NCBI GenBank assembly: GCA_963664825.1
Contig: OY761614.1
Location: 3,296,001-3,360,000 of the forward strand
DNA: 64,000 nucleotides
Direction: 5' to 3'
Source: an uncultured Holophaga sp.
GTDB lineage: Bacteria; Acidobacteriota; Holophagae; Holophagales; Holophagaceae
Below are positions 56,196 through 64,000 of this stretch, piece by piece (the stretch's first letter is position 1; each line of letters begins with the position of its first letter). Under the pieces are notes generated by a model. The model saw nothing but the letters and a program-made list of their open reading frames with translations, had not been told where the DNA came from and searched no databases. The position numbers and the translations under genes were made by a program.

Positions 56196-57301
56196 ATGGA
56201 GATCCCGGCCCCGACAAAGCGCTCCGCCGCTTGAGCGGGATTCAGCTCGGGCCAGATGGGAAGACTGAGCACCTCAGTCGCTGCCAACTCCGCCACCGGG
56301 CATGAAGTCTCCGCATGACTTTCCAGGTAGATCTGGAGGCGATGCACAGGCACGGGGTAATAGATCATGGTCTGGATTCCGGCCTCGGCGAGTTCGGCCT
56401 GGAATGGGTCCCGACGCCCCCCTTGCACGCGGATAGTGAACTGGTGGAAGACATGTCCATCCACGATGCTAGGCAGCACCAGGCCCGCTTTTTCGCCCAG
56501 GGCTTCGTGGTAACCGACGGCCACCCCCCGTCGCAGGGCGTTCCAGCTATCAATGTGAGGCAGTTTCACCCGCAGCATCGCGGCGTGGAGTTCGTCCAGG
56601 CGCGAATTGTAACCCACGACCTCGTTGTAATACTTCTTCCGACTGCCATGAGCGCGGAGCATGCGGGCCTCCGCGGCCAGGACGTCGTCGTTGGTGGTGA
56701 GCATCCCACCATCGCCAAAGGCACTCAGGTTCTTGGTGGGGAAGAAGCTGTAGCAGCCAAAAGCCCCGTACGTGCCCACTTTCTGGCCCTTCCAGGTGGC
56801 TCCGAAGGCCTGGGCGCAGTCCTCCACGACCTTCAATCCATGGCCCTTCGCCAACGCCATCAGCCGGTCCATATTGCAGGGACGGCCAAAGAGATGCACG
56901 GGCAGGATGGCCTTGGTCCGGGACGTGATCGCCCGCTCCACGAAGTCCAGATCCAGATTGAAGCTGGCCGCCTCGATATCCACGAAGACCGGCGTGGCGC
57001 CCACGTGGCTGATGGCCTCCGCCGTGGCGAAGAAGGTAAAGGGCGTGGTGATCACCTCGTCTCCAGGGCCAATGCCCAGGGCCTTTAGGGCAATGAAGAG
57101 GGCGTCGGTCCCGGAGTTGAGCCCAATGGCGTGTTTGGCGCCCAGATAGGCGGCGGCCTCCTTTTCGAAAGCCTGTTCCTCGGGGCCCAGGATGAAGTGC
57201 CCGCTTCGCAGCACCCTCTGGAAGGCCGCATTGAACTCGTCCCAATGGGCCTCGATCTGGGGCTGAAGATCGAGGATCGGGATCTGCGTCACCGTATTCA
57301 C
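56192..57301 (-). CDS. WbpE/WlbC-type aminotransferase
   Basis: [24 protein letters not shown]; located in a wbpA/B/D-like block. Confidence 0.9.
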   Translation of the reverse strand: MNTVTQIPILDLQPQIEAHWDEFNAAFQRVLRSGHFILGPEEQAFEKEAAAYLGAKHAIGLNSGTDALFIALKALGIGPGDEVITTPFTFFATAEAISHVGATPVFVDIEAASFNLDLDFVERAITSRTKAILPVHLFGRPCNMDRLMALAKGHGLKVVEDCAQAFGATWKGQKVGTYGAFGCYSFFPTKNLSAFGDGGMLTTNDDVLAAEARMLRAHGSRKKYYNEVVGYNSRLDELHAAMLRVKLPHIDSWNALRRGVAVGYHEALGEKAGLVLPSIVDGHVFHQFTIRVQGGRRDPFQAELAEAGIQTMIYYPVPVHRLQIYLESHAETSCPVAELAATEVLSLPIWPELNPAQAAERFVGAGISM

Positions 57302-57885
57302 ATGTGCTCCTTGCGCACCAAGCCACCGGCGCCCTTCACATAGCGCTGGCCATAGCTGGTGACGGCCACCCCCTCGGCGTCGAAGAACAGGCGTTCGCCC
57401 TGCTCACACATATGCCCGATGAGACGGGCCGGGACCCCCGCCACCATGGCATAGGGAGGCACATCCTTCGTCACCACCGCTCCCGCCGCCACGAAAGCGC
57501 ATTCATGCAAGGTGACGCCACACACGATCGTTGCGTTGGCGCCGATGGAAGCGCCCCGCTTGACCCGAGTGGAGGCATAGTCCTCGCTGGTGCAGCGGGG
57601 AAACAGGCAGCGTGGCGTGGTCACATTGGTGAAGACCATGCTGGGCCCGCAGAAAACGTAGTCTTCCAGGATCACACCTTCGTATAGGCTGACGTTGTTC
57701 TGGATCTTGCAGAAGTCGCCAATGGTGACGCCGTTGGCCACCATCACGTTCTGGCCCAGGATCGTGTTCCGCCCGATCACGGCCTTGGGATAGACATGGC
57801 AGAAGTGCCAGACCTTGGTGTTCTCGCCCAACTGGGCGCCGTCATCCACCACGGCGGTGGGGTGGACGAATACGGGCTTGTTCAT
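57298..57885 (-). CDS. WbpD/WlbB-type N-acetyltransferase
   Basis: [28 protein letters not shown]. Confidence 0.92.
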   Translation of the reverse strand: MNKPVFVHPTAVVDDGAQLGENTKVWHFCHVYPKAVIGRNTILGQNVMVANGVTIGDFCKIQNNVSLYEGVILEDYVFCGPSMVFTNVTTPRCLFPRCTSEDYASTRVKRGASIGANATIVCGVTLHECAFVAAGAVVTKDVPPYAMVAGVPARLIGHMCEQGERLFFDAEGVAVTSYGQRYVKGAGGLVRKEHM

Positions 57886-57893
57886 GTGATCTC

Positions 57894-59231
57894 CTAGAGC
57901 AGAACCACGTTCGGTTTTTCCCCCGGCACGCGCCTAGTCGCGTTGCGCGTATCCAACATCTGGACCGCCTCGCGCACCACCATCTCGTAGTCCACCGCCG
58001 TGTGATCCGTGAGCAGCAGCACCATGTCGGCCTTTCGAACCTCCTCCACCGTCAGGGGCACGGTGTGCAGATCCAGGCCGAACTCGGTGAAATGGGACAC
58101 GTAGGGATCGTGGTAGACCACTGTCGCGTGGCGTTCCTCCAGGAGCCTGATCACTTCGCCCGCCGGGCTCTCTCGCGGATCGTCGATATCTCTCTTGTAC
58201 GCCACACCCAGCGCCAGGATCCGGCTCCCCTTCAGGCCCCTGCCCCGGTCGCTCAGCAGCCGCAGGGTCTTCTCCACCACGAATTCGGGCATGTGCCGGT
58301 TGATCTCGCCGGCTAGACCGATGAAGCGGGTGTTGAAGTTGAATTCCCGCGCCTTCCACTCCAGGTAGTGGGGGTCCAAGGGAATGCAGTGCCCCCCCAC
58401 ACCGGGACCAGGATAGAAGGGCATGATGCCGAAGGGCTTGGTGAAGGCGGCGTCCAGCACCTCCCACACGTTCAACCTCATTCGATCGCAGAGGAGCGTC
58501 AATTCGTTCACCAAGGCGATATTCACGGCCCGGAAGGTGTTCTCAAAGACCTTGGTGAGCTCGGCGGCCCCAGCGCTGGAGACTTCCACGATATTGAGGA
58601 TGGTTTTGCGGTAGAAGGCTACGGCCACCTGTCGGCTGGCCGCATCGCTGGCCCCCACCACCTTGGTCGTGTTCTTGGTGGTGTAGCGCGCATTGCCGGG
58701 ATCCACGCGCTCGGGACTGTGGGCCAGGAAGAAGTCGACCCCAGCCTTCAGGCCCGTGGCCTCCAAGATCGGCTTCATGATCTCTTCCGTCGTGCCCGGG
58801 TAGGTGGTGCTCTCCAGGCTGATCAGCTGGCCCTGGCGCAGTCGTTTGGCGATCTCGCGCGTCACATGTTCCACATACTGGAGATCGGGATTCAGGTTCT
58901 TGTTCAAGGGTGTCGGCACCGCGATCACGATGGCGTCCATGGCCGCCAAACGATCCACGTCCGTGGTGGCTTGCAGGAAGCCATCGGCCACCAAGACCCG
59001 CAAGTCCTCCTCCTTCACATCCCCGATGAAGTTCTTCCCCCGGTTCACCATCTCCACCCGGTTCACGTTGCGGTCGAAGCCCAGAACATGGAACCCCACC
59101 TTGCCCTTCTCCACGGCAAAGGGAAGGCCCACATAGCCCAGCCCCACGACACCGACCTTCGCAGTCGTGTGTTCGATCTTGTACAGCAGATCCTCCACGA
59201 GGTTCTGCGTGGTTTCAGTGGCGATTGGCAT
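57894..59231 (-). CDS. WbpA-type UDP-GlcNAc 6-dehydrogenase
   Basis: [31 protein letters not shown]. Confidence 0.92.
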   Translation of the reverse strand: MPIATETTQNLVEDLLYKIEHTTAKVGVVGLGYVGLPFAVEKGKVGFHVLGFDRNVNRVEMVNRGKNFIGDVKEEDLRVLVADGFLQATTDVDRLAAMDAIVIAVPTPLNKNLNPDLQYVEHVTREIAKRLRQGQLISLESTTYPGTTEEIMKPILEATGLKAGVDFFLAHSPERVDPGNARYTTKNTTKVVGASDAASRQVAVAFYRKTILNIVEVSSAGAAELTKVFENTFRAVNIALVNELTLLCDRMRLNVWEVLDAAFTKPFGIMPFYPGPGVGGHCIPLDPHYLEWKAREFNFNTRFIGLAGEINRHMPEFVVEKTLRLLSDRGRGLKGSRILALGVAYKRDIDDPRESPAGEVIRLLEERHATVVYHDPYVSHFTEFGLDLHTVPLTVEEVRKADMVLLLTDHTAVDYEMVVREAVQMLDTRNATRRVPGEKPNVVLL

Positions 59232-59257
59232 GATTGACTCCAGGCAGAAGTGGGCCG

Positions 59258-60304
59258 TCAGCGGCCAAGGGGGACGCCTTCGGGCACGTAGTGGACGTGC
59301 ACCTCTCGTCCCGTGAAGGCGGATTCGTAAAGGGCGTTGATGATCTCCACGGATTTGCGACCCTCCAGGCCCGCCAGCATCGAGTTGCACCCGCTATCGA
59401 GGGATTCCAACACATGCTGGTAGTAGGGCAGATGCCCAAAGCCATAGACATTCGGAGGATTGGTAATGAGGTTATGGATCTCGTCATCCTCGGGTCGGGG
59501 TTCCGCAAAATTCCATGTGATGGGCTTGTTCACCGAGAAGCCGCCGATCACCACGGAGGCCTTCTCACCCAGCACGGAGATGCTGCCCTCCAGGTCCTTG
59601 GGGCGGGTCGCGGTGGTGGCCTCCACCACACCCAGGGCCCCAGACTTGAACTTCAACACCGCCACGCCGGTATCATCGGCTTCGATGTCCACCAGTCGCG
59701 TGGCCACGTAGGCCTTCACACTATCGACGGGACCCATGAGCCACTGCAGCAGATCGATGTGATGGCTAGCCTGATTGGTGAGCACACCGCCATCCATCTT
59801 CCAGGTACCACGCCAGGCGTCCTGGTCGTAGTAGGCCTGTTGACGAGCCCACCGGATGCGCACCGTGCCCAGGACCATCCTGCCGAAGCGCCCTTCCTCC
59901 ACGGCCTTCTTGAGGGCCACGATGGGGGGATTGAAGCGGTTCTGCTTCACCACGAATAGCTTGGTGCCATGAACCTCGCAGACCTCGATGAGGCGATCGG
60001 CGTCCCCCAGAGTGAGGGCCATGGGCTTTTCAACAATGAGCACGGGCACATGGGGAGCCAACAGGCAGCCCAGAACGGGGTGCAGCCCTGAATCGGTGAG
60101 GATGGAGACAATATCAGGTTTGAGGGCCTTCACCATCTCCAAGGCATCGGTGTAGGCCGGAGCTCCATAGGCCTCTGCCGCAGGGCGTACACGGTCTTCC
60201 TGGCAATCGCAAACGCCCACAAGCTTCAATTCAGGAATCAGGGCGATCACCTTCAGGTGGCGATCGGAGATTCGACCACATCCCACTAGGGCAATGGTTC
60301 TCAT
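59258..60304 (-). CDS. WbpB/WlbA-type Gfo/Idh/MocA oxidoreductase
   Basis: GCGRIS, VEKPM, KQNRFN, NQASHHIDLL. Confidence 0.9.
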   Translation of the reverse strand: MRTIALVGCGRISDRHLKVIALIPELKLVGVCDCQEDRVRPAAEAYGAPAYTDALEMVKALKPDIVSILTDSGLHPVLGCLLAPHVPVLIVEKPMALTLGDADRLIEVCEVHGTKLFVVKQNRFNPPIVALKKAVEEGRFGRMVLGTVRIRWARQQAYYDQDAWRGTWKMDGGVLTNQASHHIDLLQWLMGPVDSVKAYVATRLVDIEADDTGVAVLKFKSGALGVVEATTATRPKDLEGSISVLGEKASVVIGGFSVNKPITWNFAEPRPEDDEIHNLITNPPNVYGFGHLPYYQHVLESLDSGCNSMLAGLEGRKSVEIINALYESAFTGREVHVHYVPEGVPLGR

Positions 60305-60343
60305 ACAGGTCCTCCAAACAAGGAGTCGAAGACAGGAAGACGA

Positions 60344-62518
60344 CTAGGGCTGATAGCCGTAGTAATACGCATATCGGTGATACCCGAACCGGGCACTCTG
60401 CGGGTTCACGTCGTTGAAAATGAAGCCCTTGGCATGGGCACCCGCGATTTCGAGCCCCTTCAAGGTGGCCTGGATTTCACCCAAGGGGTGCTGCCCGTCC
60501 TTGACCAGCAATAGCACGGCTCCCACCTGGGCCCCGATGATGGCCGCATCCGTGACCGCCAGAACCGGAGGAGCGTCCAGAATCACATAATCATAGGCCT
60601 CACAGACCTCCCCCAGGAAGGCGCCGAAGCGCTTCCCGGATAGGAGTTCCGAAGGATTGGGGGGCAGAGTCCCCGTGCTGATCATGTCCAACCCGTGGCC
60701 ATGGTGCAGCACGTCGCGCCAGGCCAAACGGCCCACCAAAATTTCGGAGAGCCCCCCCTTCCGTTCCAGGGCCCCAAAGTGGCGGTGGAGCTTTCCCTTG
60801 CGCATATCCGCATCCACCAGGAGCACCCGGGCGCCTAACTGGGCCAGCACCACCGCAAAATTCACACTCACGAAGGACTTGCCGATCTCCGGTGAGGACC
60901 CAGCGATGAGGATGGCCCGATTGGGGGCGTCCACTAGGCTGAATTGAAGGCTGGTGCGCAGGCTTCGAAGGCTTTCCACAACCATATCCTCTGGATGAGC
61001 CGTGGAGAGCAGGGTGAGCGGTCCAACCGCTTTCCGGGATTTTCGGGTGAGGTCCATCTGATTGAGACTGTGGGGAATGGTGACCATAACCGGAAGGCCG
61101 AACTGGGCCTCCAGGATCTGGGGATCCTCCACCCCGCTATGCAGGGCACGGCGCAGCATGACTAGGCCGACCCCCACCAGAGCCCCCATTAGCGTCCCCA
61201 GGGTGATCACCAGGGCCTTCTGAGGTTTCACAGGATCCAGGCTGGCCACCGCGCGATCGACGATACGCGCATTCCCAATTTCGCCGGCCCGGGCCATCTG
61301 GAGCTGTTGATTACTGACGGATTCCAAGTTCATGAGCGAACTATACAGCTCTTGATTCACCTGGACATCCCGCATGAGGCGCATGACTTCCTGCTGGGTG
61401 CGGGGCAGGCTCTTCACCTGGGCCTCGAGACGCCGTCCTTCAGTCTGAAGCTTGGCGATTTGCTGGTCGAGGGTGGCCACCACATCCGAACGTTCCTGGT
61501 AGGTGCGGAGCAGCTCCTCCCGCTTCTGACGCAGGGCGAGCAACTGGGATTCCAGGTCCACGCTCTGCTTGACCACGAGCTTAGCTTCCTCATTGATATC
61601 GGCGGTACGCGCGCCAGCCCGGAACTGATTGAGGAGTTGCTCTGAGCCCTTCAGCTTGCCGCGCAGATGGGACGCCTGTTCTTGGAGGAAGGTCTGGGCC
61701 CTGGAAGCTTCCTCGGCCTTCCGTTCCACATTTTGGCGGACGTACTGGTCCAGGACGGCGTTGAGGATTTCGGTTCCCCGATCAGGCAGAGGGTGCTGGA
61801 ACGTGAGGGACAGGATATTGGTCTCCTTCCCTTTCTCCGCAACGGTCAGGTTCTTCCGAATGTCCTGGATGGGTTCCTGGAGGTGCTGACGCTGGAGGAT
61901 GAAGCACTGACCGGCCTTGCCGACTAGGTTGCGCACCTTCAGCATCATGGGTTGTCCCTGCCAAGTGGCCTGGGTCTCCTCCCCCACCTTGCCCTGAGCC
62001 AGAATCTGGCCCTGGGGATCCATCCAAACAAAGACCCCATTCCCCTGTGCCATCAGGGTAAACCTCTGGCCTCGCGCCCCCTCAGGCAGTTCGCAGGTTT
62101 CCACCTCAAGCCGAGGAGCCTCTTTCTTCCCGCGAAAAAAGGCGGAGTCGGAGAGCCGGTTCAAGATTGGAAGGGTGATCAGATCCAGGTGGAGCGCCTC
62201 CGCGGCCCGACCCAGCACTCGATTGCTCTGCAGGATCTCCACTTCAGCCCGAGCCTGGGCATTCACCTCGAAGAGCCCTTCGGTCCTGACCGCCAGGGCC
62301 GGGGCCCCCTTGCTGTCCTGCTTGGCCTCCACTTGAAGCAGGGCCTCGATCTGGTAGATCGGGGTGGCGAACAGAATATAGAAACCACCCAGAAGAAGGG
62401 CCAGGAGGGTGCAGCTTAGGACAATCCAGCGCCCCCCCCAAAGAAGTGTCAGCAATTCGCCCAGGGACAGTTCATCGGCCTTGGAGGAAGTAGAAGATAC
62501 GTTCGGGATGCTTTTCAT
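60344..62518 (-). CDS. wzc: Wzc tyrosine autokinase
   Basis: Two TMs, ESLRSLRT, PEIGKS, DADMR, Tyr cluster YHRYAYYYGY. Confidence 0.94.
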   Translation of the reverse strand: MKSIPNVSSTSSKADELSLGELLTLLWGGRWIVLSCTLLALLLGGFYILFATPIYQIEALLQVEAKQDSKGAPALAVRTEGLFEVNAQARAEVEILQSNRVLGRAAEALHLDLITLPILNRLSDSAFFRGKKEAPRLEVETCELPEGARGQRFTLMAQGNGVFVWMDPQGQILAQGKVGEETQATWQGQPMMLKVRNLVGKAGQCFILQRQHLQEPIQDIRKNLTVAEKGKETNILSLTFQHPLPDRGTEILNAVLDQYVRQNVERKAEEASRAQTFLQEQASHLRGKLKGSEQLLNQFRAGARTADINEEAKLVVKQSVDLESQLLALRQKREELLRTYQERSDVVATLDQQIAKLQTEGRRLEAQVKSLPRTQQEVMRLMRDVQVNQELYSSLMNLESVSNQQLQMARAGEIGNARIVDRAVASLDPVKPQKALVITLGTLMGALVGVGLVMLRRALHSGVEDPQILEAQFGLPVMVTIPHSLNQMDLTRKSRKAVGPLTLLSTAHPEDMVVESLRSLRTSLQFSLVDAPNRAILIAGSSPEIGKSFVSVNFAVVLAQLGARVLLVDADMRKGKLHRHFGALERKGGLSEILVGRLAWRDVLHHGHGLDMISTGTLPPNPSELLSGKRFGAFLGEVCEAYDYVILDAPPVLAVTDAAIIGAQVGAVLLLVKDGQHPLGEIQATLKGLEIAGAHAKGFIFNDVNPQSARFGYHRYAYYYGYQP

Positions 62519-62630
62519 AGCGTCATGACCTGGATTGGGACAGCCCCGATGGGATTCAATTTTATTGAAAATAAAATAAACATACACTCTCACCCGCGGG
62601 GTAATTTTTTTTAATACGCCAATAAGATGA

Positions 62631-63830
62631 TTAGTCCTTCAGATAGTGAATTTCCGCAGCTGTCAACCCGATGGACGTGACCGCCGAAACCGTCGGGAGC
62701 AACATGCTCATGACCCGGTTGAAGCGCACGAGGGTGCCGGCATCGACATAGACGATGTCCCGAGGGTTGAGGGGAAAGTGGTCGGCCAATACCATGGCCG
62801 TGGGATTACGGGCGTCCAGGTGGTAAACGTCGACCGCATTGGCAGCAACTCCCTGGCGGATGACATAGATGGAACGGGCATCCGCCGAGAGGGGTTGGAT
62901 GCCGCCTGCCTCGGCGAGAGCTTGGGCCAGCGAAAGGCTTCCATGGACGAGGGGCATCGTTCCGGGCTTTACCACCTCCCCCAGCATGTATACGGGTTCT
63001 TCCTTGGCGTTGGGAACATGCAGGGAATCTCCGTTTTTAAGGGTGATCTGCCCGATGCGATTGCCTGCGGTCATCAAGGCCTGGAAATCCAGCCTCCAGG
63101 TTTTCTCCCCCCGGGTGAGGATCAAGCGGCTGTCGTCGGCGGTGGGGAGGAAACCGCCCGCGCGGTTCACGGCTTCGGCCAAGGTGAAGGGCACATCCGT
63201 GATGGTGTAGACGGCGGGCGTCTTGACCTCGCCCCCTACATACACTTTCTGGGACCGGTAGGCGACGACCTTGACATCGACCTGAGGCTTTTGAAGCACC
63301 TTCCCGAGCATGGAAGTGAGCTTGTCGCGCACTTGAGATGGCGTCAGCCCACCCACGGCGACCTTGCCGATATAGGGGAAATAGAGAGAGCCTTCCTCAT
63401 CGATCACCATGCCCGTGGCCGTATCGGTGCGGTATTGGCCCAAAGGCAACGTGATCTCGGGGTGATCCCACACGGTCACCAGCAGGACATCCTGGGGGCC
63501 GACACGGTAAGGGACCTGTTTCTCGTGAAGAAGTTCACCGAGGGGACCCGGGTCCAGGGTGCGAGACTCTGGGCCCTTCAACACGTGATGATCGAGGGAA
63601 CGAAGGGTTACGTTGAGCCCATCCATTCGGGTGGTGGTCACGTGGGCACCGGGTTTCACATTCAATTTCATCCCTGGAGCGGTGCAGGCATTCATCAGCA
63701 CCAGGGTGCCCAGGGCAATCCCCATGTCCCACCGGAGGCCTTCACCTCCCAGGTTGCGCCCAGGACAGACAGACTGAACATCGGCGAAGTTGGCCGCGGA
63801 ATGGGGTTTGGGGCGGGAAAATGGGTGCAC
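62631..63830 (-). CDS. wza: Wza polysaccharide export lipoprotein
   Basis: YRVGPQDVL, VWDHPE, SLBB repeats, DIVYV; start uncertain (GTG at 63830 follows GGAGG). Confidence 0.92.
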   Translation of the reverse strand: MHPFSRPKPHSAANFADVQSVCPGRNLGGEGLRWDMGIALGTLVLMNACTAPGMKLNVKPGAHVTTTRMDGLNVTLRSLDHHVLKGPESRTLDPGPLGELLHEKQVPYRVGPQDVLLVTVWDHPEITLPLGQYRTDTATGMVIDEEGSLYFPYIGKVAVGGLTPSQVRDKLTSMLGKVLQKPQVDVKVVAYRSQKVYVGGEVKTPAVYTITDVPFTLAEAVNRAGGFLPTADDSRLILTRGEKTWRLDFQALMTAGNRIGQITLKNGDSLHVPNAKEEPVYMLGEVVKPGTMPLVHGSLSLAQALAEAGGIQPLSADARSIYVIRQGVAANAVDVYHLDARNPTAMVLADHFPLNPRDIVYVDAGTLVRFNRVMSMLLPTVSAVTSIGLTAAEIHYLKD

Positions 63831-64000
63831 GACCACCTCCGACAGGGGAGCGCATGACAACCTTCATTTAGGGGGATAGCCCGCACAATATCGTAGCTTC
63901 TAGAGATATTGCAAGAGAATTCCCAATCCAGCTCGTGAGGGAATATTGATATTTTTGGGTACAGGAAATCCGAGCCCCCCTCGATTCACAGGGCCCTTAT

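Overview
GC-rich bacterial chromosome segment; gene content suggests Acidobacteriota/Holophagaceae, but this is an unverified impression. Bases 1-30.4 kb are mostly housekeeping genes: two HEAT-repeat paralogs around a FleS/FlrB-like kinase, ppa, an EF-G paralog, cinA-plsY-gpsA, yicC, radA, smc, a T2SS/T4P-like cluster, tRNA-Leu(CAG), rpsO, xth and metG. Bases 30.6-64 kb hold a Wzx/Wzy-Wza/Wzc polysaccharide locus built as two convergent arms. The arms meet at a divergent pair of PilZ + Ig-repeat/beta-helix cassettes whose 3' 1651 bp form an apparently perfect inverted repeat, followed by an intact IS66-family element. The most unusual features are: (i) that invertible PilZ/beta-helix module, with one copy fused and one split and carrying 7x252-bp repeats; (ii) repeats of the metG 3' end that enclose a predicted pseudoknotted RNA and form a chain of GTGA-coupled small ORFs; (iii) a 9-bp-periodic palindromic element; (iv) inward-facing DnaA boxes between smc and radA. 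All calls come from motif recognition by eye; no searches were run.
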